Positions 59,837 through 64,000 of a stretch of 64,000 bases of DNA are shown piece by piece; the first letter of the stretch is position 1, and each line of letters starts with the position of its first letter. Under the pieces are notes generated by a model. That model did not search any database and was not told the DNA's origin. It was given only the letters and a program-made list of their open reading frames with translations. The position numbers and the translations under genes were made by a program. This stretch comes from an uncultured Candidatus Binatia bacterium (GTDB lineage: Bacteria; Desulfobacterota; Binatia; UBA9968; JAJDTQ01), in the NCBI GenBank assembly GCA_965215605.1, contig OZ244070.1:3895973-3959972 (forward strand), written 5' to 3'.

Positions 59837-60712
59837 CTACGCGTACGACCATCTCGACCAGGCGATCAGCGATACGCCCAGCACGACCATGGACGTGGCA
59901 ATGACCTTGCGCCTGGTGATCGGATCCGAGTCACCCAGAATAAGCGGGGAAAGCCCCAGCGTAAAGAGCGAGAAGCAGTGAACCAGCGGGGAGACCACCG
60001 CCACGTCCGCCATGTCCAGCGCGGTGAACATGAAGAAGTAGGCGACGAAGTGCACGAACCCCACCAGCGCGAAGCACCCGAGAGTCCCCCAGTTGGACGT
60101 CCTTAACCGGGCCAGGCCGTGGACCGGGAAATAAGCCGCGGACATGGTCAGGAACGAGGTGGTGACCGTGATCGCCGCCCCCACCATGGGGGCCGGACCG
60201 GCAAGAAGCCCGAACCGGACGACATTGTCGCGCAGCCCCGCGAACAACGCTCCCGCCACCGGATAGAAAAGGTCCCGGGGACGCCAGGATCTCGATTCGC
60301 CCTTCCACGCGAGAAACACCAAGCCGGAGACCACGGCCACCGCGCCCAGCAGGTTCGCCGGACCGGGCTGCTCATCCAGCAGGACCATGGCCAGCAGCAC
60401 GGCGAAGAGCGGCGCCGAATTGAGCACCGCGGTGGCCGCCGAGGCGCCCATCCGCTCGATGCCCTTGAACGCCACCAGGCGGAACAGTCCCGGAACGATG
60501 AGGCCCGAAGCCGCGAAGATCAGGTTGGCGCCGGCCCACAACTCCGAGAGATCGTGGAAGGTGAAGACGAAGAGCCACAACACCAGCCCGTTGAAGAAGA
60601 GGTCCACGACGAGGCCGCTGAAGGGATCGAGATCCCGGACGCCTCGATGAACCAGCGTTGCCGTAACGGCGAAGGCAAGGGAGGCCAGCAGGCCCAGGGC
60701 AACGGCGAGCAT
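59837..60712 (-). CDS. EamA/DMT family transporter
   Basis: About 10 TM segments in two repeats; GIERMGAS...PLFAVLLA..LLDE. Confidence 0.82.
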   Translation of the reverse strand: MLAVALGLLASLAFAVTATLVHRGVRDLDPFSGLVVDLFFNGLVLWLFVFTFHDLSELWAGANLIFAASGLIVPGLFRLVAFKGIERMGASAATAVLNSAPLFAVLLAMVLLDEQPGPANLLGAVAVVSGLVFLAWKGESRSWRPRDLFYPVAGALFAGLRDNVVRFGLLAGPAPMVGAAITVTTSFLTMSAAYFPVHGLARLRTSNWGTLGCFALVGFVHFVAYFFMFTALDMADVAVVSPLVHCFSLFTLGLSPLILGDSDPITRRKVIATSMVVLGVSLIAWSRWSYA

Positions 60713-60757
60713 GTCCGGAATGAATCGCGCCCCTCACGGGCAGGGCCGTCACCCACG

Positions 60758-62281
60758 CTATTCGTGTTTTCCTTCTATGCCCAGCTTGCGTTCGATCTCG
60801 TCCTCCAGGGAACTTCCCCGGCGGGCCTGGATGACGGAGTAGACCAGCGTCGCGACGATCATGAGAGCGATGGCCACGACGGTGGGGTGCACGAGCCAGC
60901 CCGCGCCGTAGGCGCTGGAGGAGATCCACAGATAGTTCTCGACGATGGTCCCGAGCACCAGGCCCAGAACGAAGGGAGGCCGCGGCCAATGGAACAGCAC
61001 CATCACGTAGCCCACGATGCCGAAGATGACCGTGACGATGATGTCGCTGAAATTGTTGTGAGCCGCGAAGGCGCCCAGAAACACGAACATGAGCAGGAAG
61101 GGTATCAGTAGATTACCCCGGACGAAGGTGAGCTTCACGAGCTGATTGAGGAACAGGAAGCTGGCGCCCACGGTGATGATGTTGGCCACCACCAGGATCC
61201 ACACCATGGCGAAAGTCACGTCCAGATGTTTGGTGAGCATCTCCGGACCGGGATTGAGGCCGACGATGAGAAATGCTCCCAGTAGAATCGCCATGGCGCT
61301 GCTGCCGGGAATGCCGAAGGCCACCGTGGGAATGAGGTTGCCCCCTTCGCGGGAATTGTTGGCCGCGCCGGGCCCCAGGACGCCGCGTACGTCGCCCTTG
61401 CCGAAGGTGCTCTTGTCCTTGGCCGACTGAACCGCGTGGCCGTAGGCCAGCCATTGCGAGACGCCGCCCCCCAGGCCGGGCAAGGCGCCGATGAACGCGC
61501 CGATGAAGCCGCAGCGCATGGTCAGGCCGAAGTGGCGGAAAGTGTCCTTGACCCCTTCCATGACCCCCGTGATCTTCTCCACCTTGGCCTCGGCGATGCT
61601 GGTGCCGCGCACCGCCAGATCGATGATTTCCGGGATGGCGAAGAGTCCGACCACGACGGGGCCCAGACTCAGGCCATCCCAGAGATAAAGCGTGCCCAAT
61701 GTGTAACGCAGCGTCCCGGTCTGAGGGTCCACACCGATGGCTGCGAGCATAAGCCCGATGCCGCCACAGAGTAGCCCCTTGGTGAGGGACGACCCGCTCA
61801 GCGAGGCTATGAACGTGATGCCCAGGATCGCCAGCATGAACAGCTCCGGAGAGCCGAAGAACAGCACCAGCGGGCGCATGATGGGAATGGCGAGGGCCAG
61901 GATGACGGCGCCTTCGAGGCCGGCCACCAGCGAGCTCATGAGCGCGGCGCCCATGGCCCGGCCGGCTTCCCCGTTCTTGGTCATGGGGTAGCCGTCCATG
62001 ATGGTGGCCGCGGCCGTGCCTTCTCCCGGGATGCCGAAGAGGATCGAGGTGAGGTCACCGGTGGTGCCGGTGATGGCGTGCATGCCCAGAAGAAAGGCAA
62101 AGGCCGAGATCGGCTCCCCGATCTTGTAGGCGAAAGGGAGCATCAGGGCGAGGGTGGCGAGGCCGCCCAGGCCGGGGAGAATCCCCACGATGAACCCCAC
62201 CAGCGCCCCCAGGAGCAGGAAGCCGAAGGCTGGCCAGGAGAGGACGTGGAACAGTCCGTCTATGAAGGCGTCGAGCATCAT
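60758..62281 (-). CDS. tctA: Tripartite tricarboxylate transporter permease TctA
   Basis: GILPGLGG, SILFGIPGE, MDGYPM.KNGEAGRA, AANNSREGG.LIPT.AFGIPGS. Confidence 0.93.
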   Translation of the reverse strand: MMLDAFIDGLFHVLSWPAFGFLLLGALVGFIVGILPGLGGLATLALMLPFAYKIGEPISAFAFLLGMHAITGTTGDLTSILFGIPGEGTAAATIMDGYPMTKNGEAGRAMGAALMSSLVAGLEGAVILALAIPIMRPLVLFFGSPELFMLAILGITFIASLSGSSLTKGLLCGGIGLMLAAIGVDPQTGTLRYTLGTLYLWDGLSLGPVVVGLFAIPEIIDLAVRGTSIAEAKVEKITGVMEGVKDTFRHFGLTMRCGFIGAFIGALPGLGGGVSQWLAYGHAVQSAKDKSTFGKGDVRGVLGPGAANNSREGGNLIPTVAFGIPGSSAMAILLGAFLIVGLNPGPEMLTKHLDVTFAMVWILVVANIITVGASFLFLNQLVKLTFVRGNLLIPFLLMFVFLGAFAAHNNFSDIIVTVIFGIVGYVMVLFHWPRPPFVLGLVLGTIVENYLWISSSAYGAGWLVHPTVVAIALMIVATLVYSVIQARRGSSLEDEIERKLGIEGKHE

Positions 62282-62291
62282 GACCTAGGAA

Positions 62292-63347
62292 CTACCTCCC
62301 GAGGATCTCCCTGACGCCGGCCACCACTTCCTTGGGTTGGCCTACGACGTTCTCGGCCACCATTTGCAGATCCTCGCCCCTCTTGAGCTGGAAGGGCACC
62401 ATCCGCCCCTTCTTGGCCTCCGCCCCCAGCTTCGCGTCCCCCAGAGTCTTGGCGTAGGCGTCGCGCAGGATCTTCACGCGGTCCGCCGGCACACCCGGCG
62501 CCACCGCGAAAGGACGTCCGAAGTCACCGCTGGCGAAGATCACCGTGGCGATGGCCCGAATGCCTTCAGGCGTATTGTGTTGCTTCATCAGTTCGTGGAT
62601 GGTGGGGGTGTCCTTGAGCCTGGAGTCCCGTTTCTGCCCGGTCTGAACCAGTGACCGTGCGAAGTTCTTCTTGTGCCAGGTCAGATAGGGTTCACGCCCG
62701 AAGAACGGCGGGATGGACAGGCCGCGGCACGACACCTCGTTGCGCTCCACCGCCAGGTCGATCTCGCTGCCGCCGGGGTAACCCGAGACCAGCTTGAAGT
62801 TCGCTCCCACCGCCTTCTCCAGCACCTTCCCCAGGAGATAGCTGTTGCCGCTCGTGCCGGTGTTGCCCAGCTTGGCCGGGTCGTCCTTCATCTTGATCAG
62901 GTCATCGACGCTCTTGTACTTCGAGTCGCTGCGGCAGAAGAGCACGGAGTGGCTCACCTCCTGCGTGCCGATCCACTGGAACTTGGCCATGTCGAAGCGC
63001 ACTTCCTTCCGTCCCACCACCTGATCGAGGTAGAGGCCTGCCAACGGCATGACGATGGCCGTGCCGTCCTGCTTGGCGATGTTGTAGACGTAGTTGGCGG
63101 CAATGAGAGAGCCGGCGCCGGGCATGTTCTGGACGATGATGTCGGGCTTGCCCGGGATGTACTGGCCCATGTGCCGCGCAAACAGCCTGGCCCACCGATC
63201 GTAGAACCCGCCCGGCGAGCAGCAGACCAGAATGCGGATGGTCTTGCCTTCGTAGAAGTCCTTCGCCGCCGACTGTCCGGCGAAGCTCATGACTATGAAA
63301 CCGGCCAGCAGCAGCACGAGAAAAATTCGACAGATCGCTCGCTTCAT
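62292..63347 (-). CDS. tctC: Tripartite tricarboxylate transporter substrate-binding protein TctC
   Basis: Signal peptide; FYEGKTIRI, SPGGFYD, QNMPGAG, GYPGG, APGVPADRV. Confidence 0.85.
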   Translation of the reverse strand: MKRAICRIFLVLLLAGFIVMSFAGQSAAKDFYEGKTIRILVCCSPGGFYDRWARLFARHMGQYIPGKPDIIVQNMPGAGSLIAANYVYNIAKQDGTAIVMPLAGLYLDQVVGRKEVRFDMAKFQWIGTQEVSHSVLFCRSDSKYKSVDDLIKMKDDPAKLGNTGTSGNSYLLGKVLEKAVGANFKLVSGYPGGSEIDLAVERNEVSCRGLSIPPFFGREPYLTWHKKNFARSLVQTGQKRDSRLKDTPTIHELMKQHNTPEGIRAIATVIFASGDFGRPFAVAPGVPADRVKILRDAYAKTLGDAKLGAEAKKGRMVPFQLKRGEDLQMVAENVVGQPKEVVAGVREILGR

Positions 63348-63429
63348 TGCACACCTCCGTGTTTGGAACCGGGGGCCCCGCACCACACAAACGGGTGCAG
63401 GGTTACGACTCGCCCCTCTCGTGTCTATC

Positions 63430-63924
63430 CTATTCAATGCCCAGCCACTGAAACACCTGACCCTCCGGAAACGGCAGCAACAGCGTCCGCTCGAACACCA
63501 CGTAGTACACGAGCCACGCCGAGGCCGTGAGGATCAGCGACATGGGCCATCCTTCCTTCGACTGAATCTTCAGATACCCGAAGGTCATGCCCGCAACGGT
63601 GATGGAAAAGCCCAGGAGCCAGATACCGGCCATGAACCCCACGATCCAGGACAGGATGTTCGCGGTGCGCCTGGCCGCCACGGCCCACTCGACGGTCTGC
63701 GTGAGCTGGAAGTCGGCGGGCATGTTGGCCGAGGCGCTCTCGCCCTCATCCTTCGGGCCCCGAATCTCCTGGACGATGTTGAGGGCCGCCAGGACGATCA
63801 TGGGAATGCCGATGGCCCACGGGTAGAGCCGCGCCTGAAGGCGCCACTCCCCGGCCTCCCAGACCAGATAGCCGAAAAAGACCAGAACCAGGAAACTGAA
63901 GACCGTCCTGGGTGTCAATCGCAC
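63430..63924 (-). CDS. tctB: Tripartite tricarboxylate transporter small subunit TctB
   Basis: About 4-5 TM segments, ARLYP, C-terminal VFER.L.LPFPEG; adjacent to tctC and tctA. Confidence 0.82.
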   Translation of the reverse strand: MRLTPRTVFSFLVLVFFGYLVWEAGEWRLQARLYPWAIGIPMIVLAALNIVQEIRGPKDEGESASANMPADFQLTQTVEWAVAARRTANILSWIVGFMAGIWLLGFSITVAGMTFGYLKIQSKEGWPMSLILTASAWLVYYVVFERTLLLPFPEGQVFQWLGIE

Positions 63925-63950
63925 GTAAAATCCCGTTGCCCGATACCCGG

Positions 63951-64000
63951 CTAGTCCCAGCCGTAGAGCGCCTTGGCGTTGTCGCCCAGGAACTTGGCCT
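63951..64000 (-). CDS. C-terminal end of a probable amidohydrolase_2 gene (cut by the window edge)
   Basis: Minus strand reads ...AKFLGDNAKALYGWD*, matching the K(I/F)L.DNA..(L/F)Y ends of the other paralogs. Confidence 0.6.
   Translation of the reverse strand, partial: AKFLGDNAKALYGWD

Overview
GC-rich bacterial chromosomal window with about 60 genes and one tRNA-Gly(GCC). No rRNA, CRISPR array, integrase or transposase was seen. It is dominated by small-molecule catabolism and uptake genes. These include 10 complete and 1 partial amidohydrolase_2 (ACMSD/LigW-like) paralogs, a UbiD decarboxylase, three SDRs, two NAD-dependent epimerases, two Asp/Glu-racemase/maleate-isomerase-fold proteins, an isochorismatase, a class III CoA transferase, an LLM monooxygenase, glcDEF, and ABC, TTT, TauE and EamA transporters. 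Housekeeping genes are interspersed (prc, ispG, dus, maf, argC, moeB/Z, thiI, rdgB, pgsA). The gene content is reminiscent of uncultured deltaproteobacteria-like lineages such as Binatia or Tectomicrobia (inference only). Most notable: (1) a large DxDxH-type amidohydrolase expansion with duplicated modules; (2) several familiar folds with altered catalytic residues or localisation (M24 protein without metal ligands, Cys-free racemase-fold protein, SBP-fold protein without a signal peptide); (3) an archaeal-type RdgB/ITPase just downstream of tRNA-Gly; (4) a wHTH-HATPase-STAS(DUF4325) fusion gene preceded by three phased TTGACAA repeats; (5) an islet with a ParDE toxin-antitoxin pair and an interrupted, possibly HNH-like pseudogene; (6) dispersed dRS3/REP-like palindromes. 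All calls are from manual motif reading; no database search was run.
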